Part shown: positions 49,081 through 60,300 of the stretch, one piece after another | Position numbering within the stretch: position 1 is the stretch's first letter | How the letters are laid out: each line of letters begins with the position of its first letter | Origin: Glaucostegus cemiculus | Taxonomy: Eukaryota | Direction of reading: 5' to 3' | Assembly (NCBI GenBank): GCA_976551045.1 | Contig: CDPCPM010000107.1 | Location: 7,316,001-7,380,000, forward strand | DNA length: 64,000 bases | Notes under the pieces: model-generated | What the model was told of the DNA's origin: nothing | What the model saw: the letters and a program-made list of their open reading frames with translations, nothing else | Databases searched by the model: none | Position numbers and translations under genes: made by a program

Positions 49081-50625
49081 AATGCCAGCTTCTGATGGAA
49101 ATGTTAAGTAAAAATTATTTGTATCGTAGACCTGAACTTTTGACAGATACAAACTTCAATGGATTGTGTGCGAGCATTAATACACTCAAATATATTTATA
49201 TATGGCATAGTTAACCCAGACTAAGGTGATACAACCATGCAGTCCATAAGAATGTGTCTCTCAAGTGAGCCTGCATCCCTCCAACCCTCTGGTCTAAAAC
49301 CCAAGAACAGTCAAAGCAGAAGACTGAGAGTTCAGAACAAAAGTTATGCTTTAGTTGCAATTGCCCAAACTCTGGAATTCTATTCCAGAATCTCTCTGCT
49401 TCTTTCTCCTTCTTTAAAACATTCTGTAAAACATCTGACCCTAGTGAGGCTTCTGGTCACCATGCCCCAGTATCTCCTTAGGTGCCTTGGTACAGGATTT
49501 TGGATGCACGTGCTAAATCGTCATGGGGCATTTTGCCAAGTTAAAAGCCCTATAAAAATACAAATAGTCATTTATCACTTAAATCATTGTGACGAAGAGG
49601 CTATCACAACAAATCTTGGTGACCATTCCTGGACAACAGCATACCAGTCAAGTGAAATCATGATCATTCAGTCTGAACCACAATAACTGAAGCACTTTCT
49701 CACAAACAAAATTATTTTAAGCTACATTCATTAAACCCTATCAATATATTGTGAGCACCGTTAAAATTCAGTCCACATTTGCAGTTAATTCTCAGTTCAT
49801 TTAAATTGGACAATAAACAAAGTTTGCAATATACACTTACTCTTCACTCATATTTATTTTCATACTTAACAGTTAAGCCTGGATCACAATCTTCAAGGGA
49901 ATGGTGATTATGCAAGAGAAATTGACTATTGCTCATAAATGCAAGTACATTTTTCCACCCATTTGCATATAATTTTAAAGAGTAACATATAAAAATTACA
50001 TAAATAAGTTTTTAAAAGGTGAAATTGGAAAAGGTTTTACAGCTTCTGCATTGTCAAGCACCAATTTTAAGCAAATATAGTTGTGAGCAGGCAAATAAAC
50101 GCAACCATTGGATTATTCACCAGTGAATTTCTGAAAGGCACCCTTACTTAGAGCCTGTTTGCCTGGTAATTTATAGGCACGGAATAATTGCCCATAAGAG
50201 TCGTGATATTATGTCAAAAGTATAATTTTGTTGGAATAATATCCTGAAATGAAGCCTCCCCTGACTTCAGAAGCTATATTTCTGTAAAAGTGAAATACAG
50301 ACATGCTTCATGCAACGAACTGATCTTCCATGAAAGTGAGTCATTAAGAACATTATAGAGTCAGAGACCATGGGAAAGAAACAATCTTTCACAGTAGTTA
50401 CAGCCACATTGAGGAAAATGGACTCCCAACTGGGTCAAAAAATCAGAACTATAACAATTGCTCCTGACTTTCAACAAAAAAAAAACTAGGCAAGTTACTT
50501 CCAGCTTCTCATAGAATGACGTAAAAAATAGAGTAAGCCTGAACTTTTGACAGATTTAATTTTAATGAATTATGTGCAAACATTAAACATCGAAACATTT
50601 ACACAAGACATAGCTAAACAATACC
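49081..50625 (+). repeat. Old dispersed direct repeat pair (~49081-49220 and ~50500-50620)
   Basis: Shared CCAGCTTCT, CCTGAACTTTTGACAGAT, AATG.ATT.TGTGC..CATTAA blocks in the same order. Confidence 0.6.
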
Positions 50626-51181
50626 ACAGACAACCCCCAATTTACAGCAGGTTGTGTTCCTAGAAAATAATCCATATCACGATTTTCGTAACATGAAACC
50701 ATGTCATCTGCGCTTGTTTAAGGAACTCGAGTTGAAAAAAATGTATTTATTGACTTCATTCACAGAAATTCAGAGAGAGACAGGGAGAGAGAATTTTATT
50801 CCATATCTCATATATTTTTGAGTGGTGATTTGTGAACGACAGTGACAGCATGCACAATGAGAAGGAGCAAGCATTCAATTCTGATGAGGACCTGCACTGA
50901 GCAGTTGGATTGAATGCCTCTTATTCATAGTGCCGGATATTTTATTCCATCAACTTCAATGGATGGGGATGATCAAAAACACTCAAGATGAATATCCATC
51001 CTAAATACACATCAAACCCAACTGCCTTCACCAACTCTAAACCTCCATAAAAAAGCAGTGTACAATTCGCATGGGCACATAAACTATCCTTCATTTTACC
51101 GACTTCAATTTTAGGAAAATTACTTTTGAGTTGAAAATGCATTTGGCTTTTCCCCTACAGCTTTGTAATGAAAAGAAAATC

Positions 51182-52127
51182 AATACCAGTTTTGAAAATC
51201 TTATTTATTCCATTAATGATGTACTATGTTATTGTGTTATGTATGACAATTTCATTGCCTCCAATAAAGTTTGGTAAAGTAGAAACAAATACGAAAATAC
51301 AGCCACATATACTTTTTGGAACAATAAGCAGCCAATTCTCCTTCACCCAATTTTATTACTTAATGGTATAAAAGCAGCAACAGCAGCACCACCGACTATC
51401 CACAGTCTTTAGAGCTTTCTAAAAATACCCAGAATGGTAGGCACTGTAGCGCAGCGGTTAGCGTAACACTATTATAGCGCCAGCGACCCGGGTTCAATTC
51501 TGGCCGCTGTCTGTAAGGAGTTTGTACGTTCTCCCTGTGACTGCATGGATTTCCTCCAGGTGCTCCGGTTTCCTCCCACATTCCAAAGACGTACAGGTTA
51601 GGAAGTTGTGGGCATGCTATGTTGGCGCTGGAAGCATCATGATACATGCGGGCTGCCCCCAGAACATTCTACACAAAAATACATTTCACTGTCTGTTTCG
51701 ATGTACATGTGACTAAAAGAAATCTTATTATACACCATAATTTACAGTAATTGTTAAGGAACAGATAGCCAAAATAAAAGGCTTTTGTGGCTTGTTTTTA
51801 ATGGAAGCCCTCAAAGCAACAACTAACTGTAATTGCACAAGTTATGCTAGATTAATTTTAATGTGTAAAATTGGAAGGAAAGTAAACCAGCCTTTTAGGT
51901 CTAATGCAAGTAACTATTACTCAGCACAGATCCTGGCAAAAAAAAACAGGCAGTTTCTTAAGAGTCAGCCACAGCTACTGCAGACAAATTCATTTACATG
52001 TTTAATATACCAGTTTTGATATCTTATTTATTCCATTAATGATGTACTGTGTTGCTGTGTTGTGTATTACAATTTAATTGCCTTTAGTAAAGTTTAGCAA
52101 AGTATAAACTAAAATGAAAATACAGGC
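51182..52127 (+). repeat. ~125-bp direct repeat pair (51182-51305 and 52006-52127)
   Basis: ATACCAGTTTTGA.ATCTTATTTATTCCATTAATGATGTACT...GAAAATACAG occurs twice. Confidence 0.85.
51437..51728 (+). mobile_element. V-SINE
   Basis: A/B boxes, V-domain and family tail. Confidence 0.9.
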
Positions 52128-52167
52128 ATCCACATAAAACTAACTGGTCATTTTTGGTCATTTTTGC

Positions 52168-52480
52168 AGGCATGGTAGTACAGTGGTTAGCGTAATGCTA
52201 TTACAGCGCAATGCTATTACAGCGCCAGCAACTTGGGTTCAATTCCTGCTGCTGTCTGTAAGGAGTTTGTACATTCTCCCCGTGTCTGCGTGGGTTTCCT
52301 CCGGGTGCTCCGGTTCCCTCCCACGTTCCAAAGAAGTACAGGTTAAGAGCTGTGGGCATGCTAAGTTGGCACCAGAAGAGTGGCAACACTTGCAGGTTGC
52401 CCCCAGCACATTCTCAGTAATGCAAAAAGATGGATTTCACCGTGTGTTTCGATGTACATATGACTAATATCTATCTATCT
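52168..52480 (+). mobile_element. V-SINE with an internal head duplication (AATGCTATTACAGCGC twice)
   Basis: A/B boxes, V-domain and family tail. Confidence 0.88.
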
Positions 52481-54689
52481 AATACCAATACGAACTCACA
52501 GCTGATTTACCCCCAAGGCCAATGTTAGAAGGAGAGCCCCAGGTACTTTACAAGCTGAGACAGGCTACATCATAAACCAAGAACCAAACCAGCAACCGTC
52601 CAGGATTCTGCAACTGAACTGTATTGTCTCTACCATAGGTACTTTCTTCAGACACGTGCAGTGGCAGAGAGAATGCCTCACAGCTCCAGAGACTCGGGTT
52701 TGATCCTAACCTGCCATCTGTGGAGCTTACGTGTTTTCGGTGAGCGGTGGAATCCGGTGGGGGGAGGCTGGGATGATGTGAAAGTGACAGGATTGGGAGA
52801 AAAATAGAAAAAATGAGATGAGTTTTGGACTGGTTATATGGGTACATGATGATCGGTGCAGAGTTAGTGGGTTGAAGGACCTGTTTCCATGCTGTTTGAC
52901 TCTATGCAAGGCTCATCAGGTTGATAGCAAGTCTGGCCTTACTCTGTCACAGGTACCCTACTCCCATCCATCCCTCCTGCACTTCTGTGTAACTCAATCT
53001 ATTCCAGACAGCTGCCTTAGGTCATCAACAGTCTGAACCTGCATTTCTACTTCTTCCTGGAGTCGTCACCACTCAGAACTTCGCAGGCAAACTATTTCAT
53101 ATCCAAATAAGTGTGAAAAAAAGAGCTTCACAGACCAAAATAGCCAGTATACTTGATACACATTTGCTGAGCAGGAGAGGAAATTCCAGCACCAGCATCC
53201 AGCTCACCAAAACACGAGCCCAGGGCCAACCCGTGGCAGAGAAAGCAAACAGCCGGCAATGGGGAAGGGGTGCAACTTTTCTGCGAAAAGCAATTTCACT
53301 GCCTTAGTCATCCCACAGCTGGTCCACGAAGTGTGCGGAGGGAGAGGGTGCAGGGGCGGGTTACTAAATTAATACCACCATTCATGCAGGAGGAGCAATT
53401 AAGCACTCTCAGCTATTTTTTTTTCACTCCTAAAAGGGAAAGGCAAAGAGGAGGATAATTGAAGGTCTTTTTAGGGGCTCAATAAACAGTGGAAAAGCTC
53501 TTCTACTGTGTATAGAACTGGAGGACCAGAGAGGACTGATTCAAGTTGACAAAAAAAAATGAACAGTCAAATCAGATATGATTTGTCAACATTAGCATGA
53601 TTAACATATCCATTAAGCTGTCACTACCAATGGCCTATGGGGAAGCTCTAAGTTGCTTCAAAGTGGAAATAGCTTTTAAAGAAAACTATTGCTCAATTTT
53701 ATGAGCTCTCTCACGTTAATAAAGGAAGAAGCAGACATGCAGATTCAGAGTTGATGGCCTAACAGGTTATCCATAATAGGTTGTGCTACACATTTCAACC
53801 ACTTGGGAGAGAGAAAAAAAAACACAGATGCTGAACATCTGAAATAAAATCAGGAAATGCTGGAAACACTCAGCAGGTCAGCCAGCACCTGTGGAAAGAG
53901 AATCAGAGTTAACATTCCAGGTCAAACACCTTTCGTTAGAACGGACAGAGGCATAAGAAAATAGTTTTAAGTTGCACCACACCCTTCAGCACTGCTGTGC
54001 ACCAGACACTGCCAGAGATAAACTTATTAATAAAGGACTTTGTCAAGCTCTTAACTGCACAAGTTCTTTGCAAATCTCACAACAAGTCCCTATAAATTCT
54101 AACATAATCCTGTTCTAATTCTTTCAAAAGAAGGCAAAAAGCCACCCAAATAAAATGTACAGATCAAGTTTCTCTCTCAACACGCCAAAGCACAGTTCAC
54201 AACACTAGGCAGTGAATTTTGTTGGCAATGTATCTTTCTAGCTATCACCCCAGCTCACCTGGATCTACCTATCACCTGCCAGCTCTTGCTCCACCCCTTC
54301 CCTCCATTTTTTTTTTATACTGGCTATCTCCTCCATCTTTCAATCCAGATGAAAAGTCTCATCCCGAAATGTTGACTGTCCAGTTCCCTCCACAGATGCT
54401 GCCTGATCTGCTGAGTTCCTCCAGCATCTTGCTATCTTTTTAACTACATCTTAATGTAAATAAAGTCCACTGTGTGTAATTATTTTGAAAATGCCAAGTC
54501 CTTGTTACTTGAGAGGGAAGGGGCATGAACTTCCCATGGATACCACAAAGGCTGTAATATCAGAGTGGCCAACCCCGCATGGATAAAATAACTTCTATGT
54601 AAGCTTCAGCTTGTCAAAAGAAGCTGAAAAATACAAGTACTCTGGACCCCAGCTCTGGCTGCAAATTGACTAATTTTTTTACTTACCAA

Positions 54690-56190
54690 CTTGCCATCCA
54701 TCTCATGGCAAACAAGATTCAAATTCACCAGGAAGGAAATTGGACATAAGGGTGACAATGCCAGGCAGTGGGGCACTCTGATCAAAGCCTCCATGTACGT
54801 GGATGATGATGTCACGGTTTTCTGCTCAGATCCATGGTCAGTCTACAGATTAATCACTTTCTGCGACCAGCTTGAACTGGCGTCAGGGGGTCAGAATCAA
54901 TCGCAGCAAGAGCGAGGCTACCTTCTTTGGCAACTGGACTGAATGATCCTCTGCTTCCTTCACCCAGTCAGGTCTGCCTACTTGAAGGTGCTGGGAATCT
55001 GGTTTGAGGAGCCAGAGCACATGGGTAGGATTGGCTGGAGTGGACAGACAAGAGGAAACAGGGATTGGGAATGCTGGGGCACTGCTCTCTCTCTCTCTCT
55101 CTTTCAAAGGCAGGCAAGAACCTGGTCATCAGGTGAGGGGTGCTCTCAGCATTGCTGTGTGTAGTGCAGGTATGGCCCACAGCAGGCCCTTGCACCATGG
55201 GAGTCACTCGAGCCACCTTCTGCTTCAGCTGGAGATCCAAAGTGGATAACTTTCATCAGATTGTGATGTACCCATCTCCAGAGAAAAGAGCTGGGGGGTG
55301 GGGAAGACGTACCCAACGTTGCCCTCCTCCTGATGGGAACCTTTGCGTGTGGCTGCATCAAGCTGTGAAGTACGTAAGCATCGAGTGTCACTATGAGCTG
55401 AGGTTTTGCCTGTACCCAGTGTTGCAAAGGTTGGGCCTGGCTTCCTTCCATTCGGTTGGACTTGCTGCATGCACAACCTGTCTTTTGTAGAAGTGCTTCT
55501 GCAAAAAAAGTAACTTGACCACAATTCCATCAAAGAGCAGTCAGCACAGAAAGTCCATGGAAGCCCTGCGGGAGAAGGGCATGATGGATCTTGTGGGATG
55601 GTTGCCTCAGGAGACTGTCACAGTCATTTGGCAGGATGCCTCCGCCAGAACTCACAAACAAGCACAAAGATCTCATTTGGCTGCCAGTGAGAAGGACCCT
55701 CAAAATGGCTGCAGTGGAAATGAGGCAGTCATCCATCTCCTCAGGGACTAAGAGTTTTCCAGACTAAGGTCTGGAAAAAAATGCAAAGGTCCTTTCTGAA
55801 GTTTGCTCCAAGCAAAGGACTCTATGAGACATGGGCTGTTCCCAGGCACACATACCGAGACAAACATCATTCGCTCCTGGAAAATTATCAACTTGGTGAA
55901 AAGATACACTTCAGTCTGCCCAAACCTTGATGGTCTTCCAATGCGAGGAGATGTCTGCAAACAAATACTGATGCCTGGCACTTTGCAAGGTGCAGGAGTA
56001 CGTGCAGCCACCACAAAGGCTCTCTGGAGAAGGAACCTGTACTGCTACCTCTAGACACTGAGGATGTAACATGTAGCAGTCTCTTTGTGAGTGTATTGTC
56101 GATGGATAAACATGAAGGGCATTACACTGAATGTGGAAAAAAATGTGCACTCATTGCATATTTTATGAATAAAGTATATTTTAAGTAAAA
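54690..56190 (+). mobile_element. Old degenerate Tx1/L1-clade LINE (RT to 3' end)
   Basis: IKASMYVDDDVTVFCSDP..QLELASG (RT YxDD motif), YLKVLGIWF, GLFPGTHTETNI..WKIINLVK; AATAAA and A-rich end at ~56168-56190. Confidence 0.75.
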
Positions 56191-56399
56191 CGATAGGGAA
56201 GAGGCCCAGAAAAGGTTAAAAGAAATGGGAAAAGAGGCTCAGAGAGTCTAAAGGGTCCTCTAATTGCTTGTGGGGGGTGGGGGGGAGCTGTTGAGTGTAC
56301 AGTAAGGCCCTAGTGCAATGAGCAGGCTTTAATTTAACTGAAAGTAATTAAAGGACAAAGGGCAAGGGTAAAAACTCCCACCTAGAGCATGCTCCTCTT

Positions 56400-57155
56400 G
56401 TACTGCACAGGAAACTGTGGGAATGTCCTCCTGGAATTATACAAATCCTTGGTGAGAACACAACGAATATGATGTGCAGTTGTATTCCTATCTGAGGATG
56501 TTCTTGCTATGGAAGCAGTGCAGCAGATACTAACTCCTGGAATGACAGGACTGATATATAAAGAGAGATTGGGGCGATTGGGTTTATACTTACTGGAACT
56601 TAGGAGAATAAGGAATCTCACTGAAACTTATAGAATGCGGATGGAACTGGACAGACTGGATGCAGTAAGGATGCCCTGATGGTGGGGAAGTCCAGATCCA
56701 GGGTTCACAGCCCAAGGGTAGCCCATGCAGGTCTGAGACAAGGATAGATTTCTTCACCGCAAGAGTGGTGGACCTGTAGAATTCTCTGCCACATAAGGCA
56801 GTTGAGAGTGAATATATTCAAGGAGGAACCAGCTCTAGGCTAAAGAGATCAAGGGATATTGGGGGGAAAGCAGGAACAAGATACTCAGTCTGGATGATCA
56901 GCCATAATTGTGCAGTTTGTCCTTGCACCTTATTGGCCACCTGCACTGCACTTCCCTGTAGCATTGACACTTTACTCTGTATTGTGTTATTGTGTTTACC
57001 CTGTACTACCTCAATACACTGTGTAATGAATTGATCTGTATGAATGATATGCAAGACAAGTTTTTCACTGTACCTCAGTACACGTGACAATAATAAACCA
57101 ATACAGAATGGCAGAGCAGACCCCAATGGCCTACTCCTATTTCCTGTATTTCTAT
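56400..57155 (+). mobile_element. Old CR1 3' fragment with a nested LINE-3'UTR-derived element (~56915-57105)
   Basis: Degenerate CR1 RT end; insert ending CAAGTTTTTCACTGTACCTCAGTACACGTGACAATAATAAACCAATAC, also present at ~60390-60590. Confidence 0.65.
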
Positions 57156-57269
57156 GTCAACAGAATTTATAAAGTCTCGTATACAGGAACAAACAGTATT
57201 CATGGTCAAAGCAGTAGCAATGTTACGCAATGAAAACAGGGTTATTTCAACACAAATCAACATACAAAG

Positions 57270-57353
57270 GAATGGAGGAACTCAGCAGGTCAGGCAGCAT
57301 CTATGGAAGGAAGTGAGCAGTCAACATTTCGGGTCAAGACCCTTTATCAGGAC
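57270..57353 (-). mobile_element. Penelope pLTR fragment with hammerhead-like motif
   Basis: Minus strand GTC CTGATAA AGGGTC TT GACCC GAA ATGT T GAC at 57320-57353. Confidence 0.7.
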
Positions 57354-59894
57354 AGATGATCGAGACAGATCCAGATTTCAGCACAAAGTTGCAGTGACTT
57401 CAGCAGTGCAGTCTCCCAATGTGACTGATGGACAAATTACCCAATCTTCTCATTTCTGGCCAAGAACAGGGGTATCATTAAGAAGCCAAGTCTCTGCTGC
57501 AGCTTGCTGCTGGAAGCTTTCTGTACTGATCAAACATGGATAAAGTTATAAACATCACAAACTGGAGCGTTAGCACTTAATGAGGTGAAAAAGACGTGAA
57601 TGTAAATGAGCTGGTTACCAGGCATTTTTTCGTGCCGATGCAAAAACGTACACAAAATGCACTCAACTTGTCAACTGGCCTTAACAGTGTTCAGCACAAC
57701 CATGTTTTTATACTTCATTTAAACCTTTCATTCCTTTAATTGACTGTTCATTTAAATGGGGTCAATTGAAGTCCCATTGTTACAACATGGGTGTTGAACC
57801 AGCTTATGCACTGTTTGCAAAATTTATTTACTAAATGATAACAGAAGTCCAAACAGAAGTCCAAACACAAGTCTCACAAACATTCCACTGACAACTCACA
57901 ACTATTGTTCTCTTTCAAAACTTTCAGCCCTTCTTCAATCAAGTATCATTTACTACCAATCTCATGTGTGGGCTTGAACCTTATGGTTGGAGTATTTCAT
58001 GCAAATCAACTATCAGGTGAGTTTAACAGACATTATCTAACCCTATCTTCGAATTTATTGTCATGTGCACAAGTACGGTGAGATACAGACACAATGCAGC
58101 AGCATCACAGGCACATGTTCGGAACATAAATTATACAAGATAGTGAAGAGAAAAAACAGTGCAAAACAAGACATTAGTACAAAAAAAATCTTAAAAAGCA
58201 GCAACAGTCAGAAAATGAACAAATTCATCCATCAATTCTAAAGCAAAGTTCAATAACTGCAAGCAATGTGGTTTGGAGAACAGGTCACTGATTTGAAATA
58301 AAATCCTGTTTCTCTCTCCCTCTTGCCATCTGCTCCCTGACCAGCTGACTGTTTTCCAGCATTTCTCCTTTTGATTTCAACTATCCAGCAATCAGCAAGA
58401 TTTCGCTTGCAGCACAACCTTTAAATCTATGTTCCCCAAGGAAGATTCCTTACCCTGTCACTTTGCACCATTGCAACCAATTTTCTGCAAGTTAAAAAAC
58501 GTTTGTACTGGTACATGGTTAGAAAAGGTTTCGAGGGATATGGGTCAAATGCTGGCAAACGTGACTGGCTTAAATTTTGGTCACTGTGGACAAGTTGAGC
58601 CGAAGGACCTGCTTCTATGTTGTATGATTCTATGACCCTAAGTTGGGTGATGGCAACAATTATGCTGCTCACCTTACAATGTAAAAGGCTGAAGCTGTAC
58701 TTGCTACTTTACCTCCTCCTCAAATATTTCCGGTGATCGGAAAGTATTACAAAATGTATGGAGGAATGTGGAATAGAGGGATATGTAGGAGGAAAGAGTT
58801 AGATCGTGTGAGGTTTGATGGACGGAACAACTTGGTGGGCCAAAGGGCCTATTTTGTGCTGTATTGTTCTATGGTACTTCTAACCTTTCCCAATCCTTGA
58901 ATACCCTGGGGTGAGGGATGGGAAGACCAAAATTGGGGCCTAGTGAGTGTTCACTTCTTGCATCAGTAATATGCTGGAGAGTTGTTCTTCAGTAATCACT
59001 CTATTTTCCTGACTTATTCTCTCTCTCTCTCTCATATTGCATCAGAAAACACTGCTCAGAATAAGGGCAAAGCATTTCAACAATGTCCCATTCCTAAATG
59101 TCAGCACAGGGCCTGGACTGTCAGTTCACAGCTGAGATAACCAAGTGACGTGTGCAGCTCCGCTTGTAGATCACTGAGATCACTCAAGAGCTCGCAGTTG
59201 ATCGAGATCTGTTATTTCGACAATTCGGTCCAGCAGTAGTTAGCACCCAGCCAATGCAACTGACATTTAACTGCTCGTCTTTGATACACAGGTTCCCTTT
59301 TCCTTACTGTGTTTATTTTGCAGCCTAGGCCAGCTTTATTCTATATATTTCACGCCTCTCTTCACAGACCAAGCTTTAGTTTTATCCATTAAAGACAAAA
59401 AGTGCACGCAAAAGCTGGAGAGTTGAGTTGAGACTACAAAATAAAGGGCCATTAACTGTTCCTATTGCACTTGGAAATGAATGGAATTTAAAATGAAGGT
59501 TTCAACAGGTGGACAGACTAGGGCCAGGGAAGGGCAAGGTTACAGTGGTGAAAGTGGATAACATTTATGAAGGGATGAAACCGTGAAACTGAGAGCACTG
59601 AAAAGAATTGATGGCTGCCAATCACAAATGGTGATCAAATTCCTCCTCATGCTTGGTTGGAGTTTCTCAGTAACTCAACTGGAAACTGGACTGCAAAGAG
59701 GCAGGAAGTTTAAGCAAAGTTCTTGTTAAATAGATCTTTGCCAAAACTAAATCTCCAATCCATTAAGCTTAGCACTGCATAAACTTTAACCTCTGGCATG
59801 CAAGTCATACCCTATGCAGGATGGATTCTACTGCTCAGATAAATAAACAAGTGCAGAGTCAATCAGAATGCATTCACAAAAATAACATAATGTA

Positions 59895-60300
59895 AACATA
59901 AATTATAAAACATTACAGCACAGTACAGGCCCTTCAGCCCATGATGTTGTGCCAACATTTTATCCTGCTCTAATACCTATCTAACCCTTCACTCCCACAT
60001 AGCCCTCCCTTTTTCTACCATTCATGTGGCTATCTAACAGTCTCTTAAATGTCCCTAATGTATCTGCCTCTACAACCTCTGCAGGCAGTGCATTCCACGC
60101 ACCAACCACTCTGTGTAAAAAAAATCCCCCTTACACCTTCCTCCAATCACCTTAAAATTATGCCCCCTTGTGTTGGCCATTTTCACCCTGGGAAAAGGTC
60201 TCTGTCCATTCGATCTCTGCCTCTTATCATCTTGTACACCTTTATCAAGTTGCCTCTCATCCTCCTTCTCTCCAAAGAGAAAAACCCTAGCTCACTGAAC
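59895..60300 (-). mobile_element. CR1 3' fragment
   Basis: Reverse of LGFFSLERRRMRGNLIKVYKMIRG and the CR1 3' UTR. Confidence 0.85.
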
